A stretch of DNA of 64,000 nucleotides from Terriglobia bacterium (GTDB lineage: Bacteria > Acidobacteriota > Terriglobia > Terriglobales > Acidobacteriaceae): positions 382,387-446,386 of the forward strand of contig CAWCSH010000005.1 in NCBI GenBank assembly GCA_963798155.1, given 5' to 3'. The stretch's first letter is position 1, and every line of letters begins with the position of its first letter. Shown one piece after another: positions 28,268 through 38,228 of this stretch. Under the pieces are notes generated by a model. That model was not told the origin of the DNA and made no database searches. It saw only the letters and a program-made list of their open reading frames with translations. A program made the translations under genes and the position numbers.

Positions 28268-29616
28268 AGGTCGGGCAGATCCCAGTTGCCGTCGCGGCCG
28301 CCGCTCCAGTTCTTCACGCTTGCATCCAGCACCCAGGCCGCGCTCAGGTGCAATAGAGGAATCACCCGCTGCGATTGCAACAGCGTGCGCTCGGCGGAGT
28401 AGAGCCCCTCGGTTGAGCTATTAGAGATCGACGGTTGCGGCAACCCCAGCGCCGCTGCAAGATTCGTCAGCGCGACCGCCCGGTCGAGCGAAGCGATCGG
28501 AATCCGAACCAGGCGGGCATCCGCCATGTCCGACGCGCTAAGCTGTAACGCAATCCCGGCATCTTTTGCGTTCAGCACCAGGCGCTCCGCCACCAGCCGG
28601 GAGACAGGATCGGTAGCATCATAGGCCAGCGTCCATGCAGGCGATTTTCTCACCTGCGCTGCTATTTGCCGTGCCTGTTGCAGGTTGGTCTCGACCGGAA
28701 ACAGAAAGCCGTACCCGCTCATCCACTCTGGAAGCAGTGCGCCCGTTGGTTCGCCTGCGCCCTGCAAGATCACCTGGTCCAACTGCCGGCGGTCAATGCT
28801 GAGCCGGAATGCATCGCGCAGTTTGCTCTCATCCCCAGACTGCGGATCGCGCGCAAATCGCAGCGCCAGCAGTTCCACCGGGGGAGAAGTCTCAACGGCT
28901 CGGCCTTCCGCGGCAACGGCGTGAGCTTGCCCGGGAGGAAGATCCACCAGCTGCGTTCTGCGCAGCTCCAGCGAAATCAACTGCTCGCGAGGGCTTTTTC
29001 CGAATTCGAAGTCAACCGCATCGACGAATGCGCGGCCATTCCAGTAATCGTCGCGGGCTGCGAGAGCCAGGTACTTACCGGCGTCCCATTGGGTAACGAA
29101 GAATGGCCCGGTGCCGGTCAGCTTTCCGCCTTCGCGGCGCACGATGCTGTTGCGGGCAAGCGCCAGCTCGGCAGGCAGGTCTGGGTCGGCATTCTCGATC
29201 TGGATCACCACCGCATCTTCAGCAGAAAAAACTTGCCAGCCAGGGTTCGCCAGGCGTAGCGATGCAGCCACTGCCTCTGGCGAAAGTGCCGCTCCTCCCT
29301 GGAACGTGACATCGCGGCGCAAGCGAAACTGCCAACGCCGATTATTGGAATCAGACTCCCAGGAGACGGCAAGAGCGGGTTGCGGAGTCCCCCGCTCATC
29401 GAGGGTCACCAGGGTATCGAACAGCAGCCGCGCAATGTTTCGGCCGGCCAGGGAACCCGATCCAGCTATTTCGGCAGGATCGAGTGAGGCGGGTGCGTTG
29501 CGCACGGCCACGTGCAAGGTTCCGCCATAATGCGGACGGGTCGCAGCTCCGGCAACTCCGAGAAGCCCGGCCAGCAGGCTACTGATTACAGCTAACCGTG
29601 AGACGGTATGCTTCAT
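28249..29616 (-). CDS. ABC-type substrate-binding protein, family 5 (peptide/nickel/opine-like), secreted
   Basis: The start at 29616 gives signal peptide MKHTVSRLAVISSLLAGLLGVAGA. SBP_bac_5-like core. The ORF track extends upstream to 29853. Intact. Confidence 0.75.
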   Translation of the reverse strand: MKHTVSRLAVISSLLAGLLGVAGAATRPHYGGTLHVAVRNAPASLDPAEIAGSGSLAGRNIARLLFDTLVTLDERGTPQPALAVSWESDSNNRRWQFRLRRDVTFQGGAALSPEAVAASLRLANPGWQVFSAEDAVVIQIENADPDLPAELALARNSIVRREGGKLTGTGPFFVTQWDAGKYLALAARDDYWNGRAFVDAVDFEFGKSPREQLISLELRRTQLVDLPPGQAHAVAAEGRAVETSPPVELLALRFARDPQSGDESKLRDAFRLSIDRRQLDQVILQGAGEPTGALLPEWMSGYGFLFPVETNLQQARQIAAQVRKSPAWTLAYDATDPVSRLVAERLVLNAKDAGIALQLSASDMADARLVRIPIASLDRAVALTNLAAALGLPQPSISNSSTEGLYSAERTLLQSQRVIPLLHLSAAWVLDASVKNWSGGRDGNWDLPDLWLAAP

Positions 29617-30865
29617 ATTTCCCCGATTCTGCATTGTGCGCAATTGCGACCGCCCCGCTGCCGTCGGAGTCCGTCCATAAAGCACTGACACCGCCGGGGA
29701 ACTCGACGGCCTGGCTCGCCGCCACCGGCTCGCGGTCCGGAAACTCAAAAGCCCGAACGGTATCGCTGGCCCGGTCGCCGCTGGAGGTGGCGAGCACCTG
29801 CCATCCCGCGCCGCAGCTGCTGTGAACCCCGGCAATGTCGCTGCCCCAGCCAAGCGTTCCAGCCTGCTGATCGGTAAGGCCGTCGAGCAGATGCACTTGG
29901 CCGTCCACCGCGGCGAAGATCCACAGGGTGTATTTCTCGCGCGGAACCGCGGCAGCTGAGTAGAACGCCGGTGCGGCGCGCTGCTGACCGATGCCCGGCG
30001 AAAGCGCTCCGGTGAAGAAATTGCGCGCAGGAGCGAAGAAGGCGCTCAAGCCCGGCTGCTCGACGCCAAGCGGCCAGGGGTCGTCGCTGTCGCGGCAATT
30101 GAGGCTCAGGGGAGTGTTGCCGCTGCTCCGGCAGAAAATTCCCGGCAAGTAAGCGTCCAAGAGGTGGTCCTTCCGAAGCAGCAGCCTTCCCCTCATATCC
30201 CGCGGCCAGGGCCGGGCATGCCCGACAGGCAGCGACTGCTCGGGCTGCCAGCGGGAATCCTGCAACCTATAAAGCACGACCTGATCGGGATAAAGCACCA
30301 CCAGGTGCTGCGGATTTCCACTCACCACGGCGGTGTCAAGGATGCGTTCAGGACTCGACCACAGCAGAGTCTTCTGCAACGTGATTGCCGGCGCTGGCCG
30401 GGTGCTCATCGCGGATTCCGGCCTGGTCGTTGAGACCATCACCACCGATGGCTCGTTGGTTCCCTGGTGAATCTCAGCAATCCAAACGTAACTGTTCAAG
30501 TCTTCCGAGAGAGTCACGTGTACGCTGGCGGCCGCGACTTCCGCGTTGACGAAGCGGGCGCCGGAAGCGGCCAGTTCGGTAAGCAGTTCCCGGCGAATCT
30601 GGTCGGCGTCGGACGGGCTTATGGATGACCGGTTGGTGAGGTCAACCGTGATCGCACCCGGGCCGGTGACGGCGATAACCTTGCCCGCCAGTTGTTCTTC
30701 GGCAGCCTGGAAGCGGGCCGTAGCAGCCGCGCCACTCCCAGCTGAACCCAGAACGACCAGCAGACAGGCGGAACAGCTAACAGCGCGGGATGCCGAATTG
30801 CGCAAGCGCATGCGAAGGAAAACGATGAGCGCATTATAAACCGCGTTGTGGGTGAGACTCGTCAT
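29579..30865 (-). CDS. Hypothetical secreted protein (no family recognised)
   Basis: A 428-aa intact ORF with an N-terminal hydrophobic signal. Its end overlaps the SBP start by ~38 nt. The likely start is the internal ATG at 30811 (MRLRNSASR...). Confidence 0.5.
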   Translation of the reverse strand: MTSLTHNAVYNALIVFLRMRLRNSASRAVSCSACLLVVLGSAGSGAAATARFQAAEEQLAGKVIAVTGPGAITVDLTNRSSISPSDADQIRRELLTELAASGARFVNAEVAAASVHVTLSEDLNSYVWIAEIHQGTNEPSVVMVSTTRPESAMSTRPAPAITLQKTLLWSSPERILDTAVVSGNPQHLVVLYPDQVVLYRLQDSRWQPEQSLPVGHARPWPRDMRGRLLLRKDHLLDAYLPGIFCRSSGNTPLSLNCRDSDDPWPLGVEQPGLSAFFAPARNFFTGALSPGIGQQRAAPAFYSAAAVPREKYTLWIFAAVDGQVHLLDGLTDQQAGTLGWGSDIAGVHSSCGAGWQVLATSSGDRASDTVRAFEFPDREPVAASQAVEFPGGVSALWTDSDGSGAVAIAHNAESGKYEAYRLTVSCNQ

Positions 30866-31001
30866 TCGCGTTGCCTGTTGCTACTCGACTCGGGCGGCCT
30901 TCTGATGTTTCAGGCTCCACTGTTGCAAAACCAGAGCGGCCCATCCACCGTCGCCAACTTCAATGGACGGGCCGCTCTGCCGGCCAGCACAAATCAATGC
31001 T

Positions 31002-32326
31002 TCAGTTTTGGGGAGGGCCGCTTTCTTCCACCTGGCTGGTGTGGTTCGCCATGTTCATGCTGCGCAGCACATCGTTGGCGAAGAAGAACTTGCCGTCGGC
31101 CGGCACCATCATGATCTGCAATTTGTCCGAGAGCCGCTCGGCAACGATCTTGTTGATCAGCAGCGGGTTCTGCTTGAGCATCGCGCCTTCGCTTCGCATC
31201 CGCTCCGCATCGGCCGCGGCGGTCACGCGGATGCGGTCGGCCTCTGCCTCGGCCAGCAGCTTGCGGCGTTCCATCTCCGCCTTGCTGTCGATCACTTTGG
31301 CTTCGGCCATGGCTTCGGCGTTCTTCACCGTGGCTTCTTTGCGGGCTTCGGCTTCCAGCTTCGATTGCTCAATCTGCTTTTGCTTTCAGCGGCAGCGTGT
31401 ATTGCATGGCGTCGGCTTCGCCCTTGGCCTGCAGCACCCGCACCTGCGCTTCGCCCTCGGCCTGCTTCACCTGCCGCGGCCTTGGTCGCTTCGGCCTGCA
31501 AGTTCCGCGATCCGCACCTGCTTCTGCTGGATCTCCGTTTCCACTCCCATGCGGTCGTTTTGCTGTTCTTTGAGCAGCAGGGTCTCCAGGCCCTTGGCGT
31601 ATTCCGGCGGCAGCTGGATGTCGCGCAGCATCACTTCTTTCACGATGATTCCGTCCGCCGCCAGCTTCTGCGTGATTACCGCCGACGGCCCGCTGTGCGG
31701 ACTTCTTCCCGCTTGGCGGCGAAGACATCGCGCACCGTGTAGTTCGGCGCCAGTTCGCGCCATGCGCTGGCCACGATCGGCGGCACCAGTTCCTTCTCCA
31801 CCGGCTGCGGAAGGTTGCTCTGGATGTAGTCCAGCCGCTTGGGATCGAGCCGATAACGCACCGTAATGGCCAGCCCCACCGTCAGTCCTTCCTTGGCCTG
31901 AACATTGAGAGGCTCGGATTTCGGCCTCATTGGTCCCGTCTTTGTTCCTTCGTGTTGCCCGTGGTGAAGAGCTGGTCGCGAGTATCGAAAAGCACGACGC
32001 TCTCGGCGAGCGGCATGACGAAGTGCGCGCCGGGATAGAGCGTTCCCGGCCAGCGTGCCGCTGGTCTGGCTGATGCGGACTCCCGCCATGCCGCTCGGCA
32101 CCACCACGATGGCGAGAGCTAGAAGGATCGGTCCCCAGGCCAATAGCGCCAGCGCGAGTGCCCCGCGCCAGCGCAAATACGGCAGCGGCGGAACCGGACG
32201 CCCTTCTACGCCGATGAGTGACCGCCGGTATTCAAATTGGAGATAAAGGTCGTAGCTGAAGATGGCCAACGCGGCGCTGATCATGGCGATGCCGCTGGTC
32301 AGGAGCAAATATTTGAGAAACAGCAT
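31002..32326 (-). pseudogene. SPFH/band-7 (stomatin/prohibitin-like) membrane protein, frameshifted several times
   Basis: Fragments 31676..32326 (TM + start of SPFH), 31467..31763 and 31002..31328 (coiled-coil C-terminus AEAEADRIRVTAAADAE). Confidence 0.65.
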
Positions 32327-32345
32327 GGGAATTCTCCTTCCTGCC

Positions 32346-32528
32346 TTACTGCTTCTGCCCGGACCGGACTCTTGCCACCGCCTGCTGGGCGAAGAACAGG
32401 CGGAAGACCTTGCCGAAGATCAACTCTTCGACCAGAAGTGAAACTGCCAGCGAAAAAACCAATCCTGCAATGACGGTTACAGCGGTGATTACGAATTGCA
32501 TAGAGACCTCCTTCAACTGAACCTTCAC
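32346..32528 (-). CDS. Small single-TM membrane protein upstream of the SPFH gene
   Basis: 60 aa, hydrophobic core FVITAVTVIAGLVFSLAVSLLV. Its position is typical for an NfeD/YuaF-like partner of SPFH genes. Confidence 0.4.
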   Translation of the reverse strand: MKVQLKEVSMQFVITAVTVIAGLVFSLAVSLLVEELIFGKVFRLFFAQQAVARVRSGQKQ

Positions 32529-32546
32529 TGCGGCTTAGGCTCGATT

Positions 32547-33185
32547 TCAGTGGCTGCCGGCGGAGCCTATGCCTTGCGCTGCCTCTGTCTGCGCCATTAC
32601 AAGCGTCGGAGCCACGCCTCCGCCGAACACCTGTGCGATCTCTGCGTCCCGCTCGCTGCGGATCTCCACCACATCGCCCACGCGTACCATGGCAAAGAGC
32701 TGCCGGATATCGCGATTGCGCAGGCGAATGCAGCCGTGCGACGCAGCCTTGCCGATGGATGACGGCTCGTTGGTGCCGTGAATGCCGAATCCCTTCTGGC
32801 TCAGGCCCACCCATCGCGGACCGAGAGGATTGTTCCTCCCCGCCGGAATCACCACGCCGGGGTGGTAGTAAGCGGGGTTTTCGAGGCGGCGCGCGATACG
32901 GAATTGTCCGCTGGGGCTGGGAGTGGCGTGCGTGCCCACCGCGACCTCGAACACGCCCAGCACCTTGCCGCCTTCGAGTACGGCCAGCCTGCGGTCAGAA
33001 ATGCTGACCAGGACGCGCCGGATCGGCCTTATCGCCAAAGGAACAGCCGTTTGGGTCGGCGTTGGAGTCTGCAGCTCAGCGCTTTGTCCCACAGCGCAGA
33101 CCACCAGGAGTTGCAGCACGGTGAAGACTGCGACTTGCCTGATCCTGGCTAGACTTCCACTGGAAAAAGCTGCCTTTTGATCCAT
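32547..33185 (-). CDS. L,D-transpeptidase (YkuD domain), secreted
   Basis: Catalytic SHGCIRL motif and a signal peptide. Intact. Confidence 0.85.
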   Translation of the reverse strand: MDQKAAFSSGSLARIRQVAVFTVLQLLVVCAVGQSAELQTPTPTQTAVPLAIRPIRRVLVSISDRRLAVLEGGKVLGVFEVAVGTHATPSPSGQFRIARRLENPAYYHPGVVIPAGRNNPLGPRWVGLSQKGFGIHGTNEPSSIGKAASHGCIRLRNRDIRQLFAMVRVGDVVEIRSERDAEIAQVFGGGVAPTLVMAQTEAAQGIGSAGSH

Positions 33186-33390
33186 GACCCTGCCCTCGCT
33201 CCAACTTGCGCGGAACTAGAGGGCAGCCCACAGGCCATTGTGGATGCGATTGAAAAGCTGAGACTTAGATGGGTTCAGGAGGACTGGGATTGTGTTCAGG
33301 TACGGACGGCGTGTCATGCCTGACACACCGCCCGCCTGCGTTGAGGGAGGAACAGACCGACATTCGTGACTGCTGGCGCCGGGGGACTCC

Positions 33391-33891
33391 TCATGCGCCC
33401 CGTAATGCAGGGACCAGCGCTTCCGGATGACTTGATCCCGGCGGCGTTGCCCGTGCCACATCGCGCTGCAAGGCCGAAAGCAACGCATCCAGGATCGATT
33501 TCAGCGAGTGGGGGTTCTCGCTGAGCACTCGCTTCATGCTCTCACGATGCACCGAAAGCTCACCCAGCGGCTGTGCCTGCTGCATGTCCACGTTTAGAGG
33601 GGCGGCATAGGAGTCGCCCCAGCGCCGCGCCGGGCGTTTTCCCGGAGCAGTCTGGGCGAATGGATAATCCAGGCTGCCCAGAGCCATCCAGTGAACTACC
33701 AACTCCTGAACGTGCGCCGGGCTGCACGCCTGGTGTACGCCTTCGTGCCCCGCCAAACGATCATTCCAGTGCAGGATCTTGAGCTTGTCTTGCCAGCGGT
33801 TCTCGGCGACCACATACCAGGAGCCGTGGCCATTCTTAGGCTCGCCGCAAATGCTGCAGGAGAACACCCTGGTTGGCTGCAGGTGGCCGCT
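33391..33891 (-). CDS. Hypothetical protein with a CxxC ribbon (CSICGEPKNGHGSWYVV)
   Basis: Internal ATG (MSGHLQ...) of the long ORF 33391..34389. The upstream part of that ORF belongs to the Cys4 paralog in another frame. Confidence 0.3.
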   Translation of the reverse strand, partial: SGHLQPTRVFSCSICGEPKNGHGSWYVVAENRWQDKLKILHWNDRLAGHEGVHQACSPAHVQELVVHWMALGSLDYPFAQTAPGKRPARRWGDSYAAPLNVDMQQAQPLGELSVHRESMKRVLSENPHSLKSILDALLSALQRDVARATPPGSSHPEALVPALRGA

Positions 33892-34389
33892 CATTGTCCC
33901 GCCCCGATCCGCTCCGGCATCTGCGGTGGCAATGAGGGCCAGGGCCTGACCTGGCGCGAAGGCGCGGCCTGAGAAGCTGCGGTTTTTTTCGTAGCCGCGA
34001 GCAGTGGCACGGTTGCCACACCCTCGCTGCCAAATATCAGCGTCATCGAAGCGCAGCAGGCATCGCACAGCCAATAGCGCTCCACGTGGCGAATCGTTTT
34101 CGTGTTGCGAGCGGAGAAGCGGGAAGGCGCAGCGAGGGCTGACGAAGAAAAGCTGGATGAAGCGCGATGGGACGAATGGCGGTCGGAAGCAGCACGCCTC
34201 GGATGTCGAGCGTCCTGAGAAAGGGAAATATTCAGTTTCGACCTGGAACATTTTCCCCGAGTTTAGGCGACGAAAAGGCACAGAACAGGCTGGGTTGGCA
34301 CAGTTGTGGAGCACGATAACCCCGTGGGAACGCGAATTCCTCAACCCCGTGGCGCAGAGTCTTGGTGTGCCAGCCTGTAATGCACGCAA
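33891..34389 (-). pseudogene. Paralog of the 23642..23986 Cys4 protein, apparently frame-disrupted
   Basis: The N-terminal block CANPACSVPF...MFQVETE is in one frame (ORF 33391..34389). The C-terminal block WLCDACCASMTL is in another (ORF 33891..34085). Confidence 0.35.
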
Positions 34390-34851
34390 GCGACCGCGTC
34401 GGCTCGGCTGAGGAAAAGACGTCCAAGTAGTAGACAGCGAAGGGAATTCCTCACAGTGGGAGGGACGCGGACGAAGCTAGACTTGCCGAGCCGCAGTCAT
34501 AGCTGCCGAACCCTCGGCACTGTAATGTCCCGCATCGACCCTCTGATGATTCTCATGGCTGCCATCCTGCCGATCATTGCCTGAAAAGACTTGTGGGAGC
34601 ATGAGAACCAGTAGCAGCGTGGCTAGTATCCATAACAATCCAAACCACTTGATGAGTTGGTTCACGGTGTTTTTCTTGATCTCGATCATATAGGTTCGAT
34701 GTTATCGGACCATTTGCCGTTTTACCTGAAGCGCTTCTTTCTCGTGCTCGATTGAGTTGTTGTAGAAACCGTGTAAGCCTCGGAGCCTCATAGGATTATA
34801 AGGGCACCCTGAATCCTGGCCTGCCCCCTACTTGCGCCTTGAGCTTTCAGC

Positions 34852-36359
34852 TTGCGCCCGCGCCGCAGTTCAAGCAGCATAACCCGCATGACAATTCCGG
34901 CACCAAACTGTCCCGCATCCGGCGACGCGCGCTCGCGCTCGCGTTTTTGTCCCCTCTTGCTCATGATCTTAGGCCTGGCCACCGCGTGGGCGGCGGCGCC
35001 CTCCCTTGTGATGGCGCAGCAGTCCACGGATATCGATATGGCCAGGTTGCAGGACGAGGCGTGTCGCCGCATCGAGCAATACATCCGCATCAACACCACC
35101 AACCCTCCCGGCAACGAAGAGCAGACGATGAAGTTCTTCGCCCAGATCTTCACCGCAGGAGGGGATTCCGTTCGAGACCGGCGTCGTCGGCGCCGGGACG
35201 CGGCAACATCTGGGCGCGGCTCAAGGGTGGTCGCAAGCCGGCGCTGGTGCTGCTGAGCCACATGGACGTGGTTCCCGCCGACCCGAAGTACTGGAGCGTC
35301 GATCCCGTTCGCGGCGACGGTGAAGGACGGCTACATCTGGGGACGCGGCACGCTCGACACCAAGACGCTGGGCATCGTGGAGCTCGAGGCGTTCCTGGCG
35401 CTGCACCGCGCCAAGGTGCCGCTCGACCGTGACGTGATCTTCATGGCGACCGCCGACGAGGAGGCCGGGGCGGCGTTCGGCGCCGGATGGGTGGTGGAGC
35501 ATCATCCCGGAGGCATTCCAGGGCGTCGGGTTCGTGCTCAACGAAGGCGGCGGCGGGAGCGTCGAAGACGGGCGCCAGCAGTTCGGCATTGAGGTCACGC
35601 AGAAAGTGCCGTACTGGTTCAAGCTCACCTCCACCGGCATGCCGCGCCACGGTTCGGAGCCGCCGGTCGCGTCGGCGGTGAACCGGCTGGTTCGCGCCCT
35701 CTACCGGCTGCAGACGTACGAGTTCGCGCCGCGCATCATCCCGGCCGTGGACGCGTATTTCAAGGGGATGGCCCCGGCCGCGGCTCCGCAGTGGAAGGAC
35801 GCATTCATGGACATGGCGCAAGACGATTAAGGACCGCGACGCGTTGCTGCGGCTGCAGACCGAGTATCCCGAGCTGGCCGCGCTGACGCGCAACACCTGC
35901 TCGATCACCATTCTGAAGGGCAGCGCCAAGATCAACGTGATTCCGCCGGAGGCGGAGGCGCAGCTCGACTGCCGGCTGCTGCCCGGACCAGGACGTGGCC
36001 GGCGTTCAAGCGCGAACTGCAGCGGCGCGCTCAACGATCCCGGGATCACAGATCGAACAGTTCCTCGGGTTCACGCCGGCGGTGTCGTCGACCGATACGC
36101 CGCTGTATCAGGCGATCGTCGACGTGACGCGGCAGCACTATCCCGAAGGCGGCCATCGTGCCCGCGGTCTCAACCGGATTCACCGACAGCCACTTCTTCC
36201 GCGACCGTGGCATCGCTTCCTACGGCTACGCGCCGTTCCTGATGCCGCAGGCGGACGAATCCGGCGTGCACGGCAACAACGAGCGGCATCTCGGTCGAGA
36301 ACGTGCGCACCGGTACGCAGATGATGTACGAGATCGTAAAGCAGGTGGTCTCGCAATAA
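34852..36359 (+). pseudogene. Secreted M20-family metallopeptidase (ArgE/DapE/CPG2-like), with at least 6 frameshifts
   Basis: Seven overlapping ORF fragments tile one protein: signal peptide, IRINTTNPPGNEEQ, LSHMDVVPAD, GRGTLDTK, ATADEEAG, NEGGGGS and TDSHFF. True stop at 36357-36359. Confidence 0.75.
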
Positions 36360-36418
36360 CTACCGGGAAATGCGCGACTTCTAGCTACGGTTGAGTTCTC
36401 GTGCGAAGCTTCCGGATT

Positions 36419-37405
36419 TCATGATGCAGTCTGAATTCCGAAGCGGCGCCGGTAGCCGCTGGGAGCTACCCCAGTCTGGCGCTGGAAGAGTTCGCGAAAG
36501 AACGCGACGTCCTGGTAACCGACGGCGTCGCTAACCTCCTGCACGCTGCGATGATCGCCTTCCAGCAGGCGCTTGGCAGCGGCAATTCGTAACTTTTGCA
36601 GATAAATCAGCGGGCTGTCGCCGGTCGCCTGCTTGAAGCGGCGAACGAAATTGCGCAGGCTCATGCCGGCCCGTTGTGCCGGGGCTTCCAGGGGGAAGGT
36701 GCGGTGGAAATTCTGATGCAGCCACTCCTGTGCGCGGGAGATCGGCTCGTCGGAATGGTCGGTCTTCAAGGGCACAATACCAAAGCCCGCCTGCCAGGAG
36801 CGCGGAGTCTCGATCAGAAGCGCCTTCGCAATCTGCATGGCCACCTCATGCCCGCAGAATTTCTCCACCAGATACAGGCTGAGATCGAGCGACGCGTTCA
36901 CCCCTCCCCCGCAGTAGATGCCGTGATCTTCTGTCACCATCAGCTCCGGCATCCAGTGCACGTTGGGATATCTCTGCCGGAAGCGCTCAGCCAGTCCCCA
37001 ATGGGTGGTGGCGCGCTTGCCGTCGAGCAGGCCGGCGGCTGCAACCAGGCCGACTCCGGTGCAGACGCTGGCGATGGAAGCTCCACGCTTGTGCCAGCGT
37101 CGCAGCCAGGGCACAACTTCGGCGTTGCGCTCCACCGCATCGTCGATGTTTGGACCCGTCGATGGAACGAATATCAGCTGTGCCTTGCGGATGGCTGTGA
37201 GCGAGGTGGCGGGGCGTATCTCGATGGGACCGTCGCAACGCACGGGACGGCCTCCCACCGACGCGGTGGTTACGCGAAAGCGCGGCCGCAGAGGATTGCC
37301 GGTGAGTTCGTTCCACAAAGTGCCGGCGTGACGAAAGACCTCTAGCGGACCGACAGCCGTCGAAGAAAAAGTTCCATCAAGAATCAGAAGGGTGAGCTCG
37401 ATCAT
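36419..37405 (-). CDS. AraC-family transcriptional regulator with an N-terminal DJ-1/PfpI (GlxA-like) domain
   Basis: DJ-1/PfpI-type N-terminal domain with a conserved Cys (SVCTG) plus a C-terminal AraC HTH. Intact. Start taken at MIELTLL. Confidence 0.85.
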   Translation of the reverse strand: MIELTLLILDGTFSSTAVGPLEVFRHAGTLWNELTGNPLRPRFRVTTASVGGRPVRCDGPIEIRPATSLTAIRKAQLIFVPSTGPNIDDAVERNAEVVPWLRRWHKRGASIASVCTGVGLVAAAGLLDGKRATTHWGLAERFRQRYPNVHWMPELMVTEDHGIYCGGGVNASLDLSLYLVEKFCGHEVAMQIAKALLIETPRSWQAGFGIVPLKTDHSDEPISRAQEWLHQNFHRTFPLEAPAQRAGMSLRNFVRRFKQATGDSPLIYLQKLRIAAAKRLLEGDHRSVQEVSDAVGYQDVAFFRELFQRQTGVAPSGYRRRFGIQTAS

Positions 37406-37584
37406 GAGACAGTCTCCACCGCGAATGGTGCAAGCCAATCCGCTTCAGCCTGCGAATGCGCCCAGCGGTTGGCTCAATCACCTATGTACAATGTCATATC
37501 TGCCATCTTGTGACAAGGGCCTGCCGCCGCTACTCTCGGACATCGGAAGCCAGAAGTCCGAAAAGCAACGTTACAGGAGGCGTT

Positions 37585-37863
37585 ATGAAGAAATATTTGA
37601 TCGAGCGTGAGATTCCGAAAGTTGGCAGTCTGCAGCAAGCGCAACTACAGGCCGCGGCAGCCAAATCCAATCAGGTGTTGCAGCAGCTGGGGAGCGAGAT
37701 TCAATGGCAGGAATCGTTCATCTCGGCTGACAAGATGTTCTGTGTGTACCTGGCCAAAGATCAGGAGCTGGTTCAAAAGCACGCTGATCTCAGCGGCTTT
37801 CCGGCAACCAGGATCACAGAAGTCAGCACGGTCATCGACCCGACAACCGGCGAGTGCCGCTAG
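37585..37863 (+). CDS. DUF4242-like small protein
   Basis: 92 aa. AGGAGG RBS at 37575-37580. Divergent from the AraC/GlxA regulator. The family assignment is from memory, at low-to-moderate confidence. Confidence 0.5.
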   Translation: MKKYLIEREIPKVGSLQQAQLQAAAAKSNQVLQQLGSEIQWQESFISADKMFCVYLAKDQELVQKHADLSGFPATRITEVSTVIDPTTGECR

Positions 37864-38228
37864 GGAGGCGGCGCCGTGGTGGTTCAGCGGGGATCGCAAA
37901 GCCTGACCTCAGGGATACCCGCCCAGGTTCCTTGGACGGGTAACTTTCTTAAATCAGGGATCTGGACCCTTTTTGGAGCAGATTCGGTTATGTCGTCCAA
38001 CGACATAAGCAGAAAAAGGGCCCACTAAGGTAGTCGCCTTAAGACAATCATCGAACCGGTTCGCGGACGCTCCGCACCTTGCCAAAAATCACGATTTTGC
38101 GTTCAAAAGAAGTTGAAACGCAAGAGCGGCGCTTTTATACTCCGCTCAACCCTGCTTCATCTCAGTAAGCCACCCAGCCTGGTTGACCTTGCGCGAGCTA
38201 TACCCATTTCTCGGAGCCCGAAACAGTA

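Noticed and set aside
33186-34850. Long 332-aa ORF 33391..34389 as a single gene
   Set aside because: Its N-terminal third matches the Cys4 paralog family only up to about residue 76. The continuation of that family (WLCDACCASMTL) is in another frame. The downstream part starts at an internal Met with its own CxxC ribbon. It is better read as two adjacent or disrupted small genes than as one protein.
37866-37950. tRNA-like GC-rich stretch (ggaggcggcgccgtggtggttcagcgggg...ccaggttccttggacggg)
   Set aside because: No canonical T-arm (GGTTCGAATCC-like) or D-arm, and the acceptor stem cannot be paired. I do not call a tRNA.
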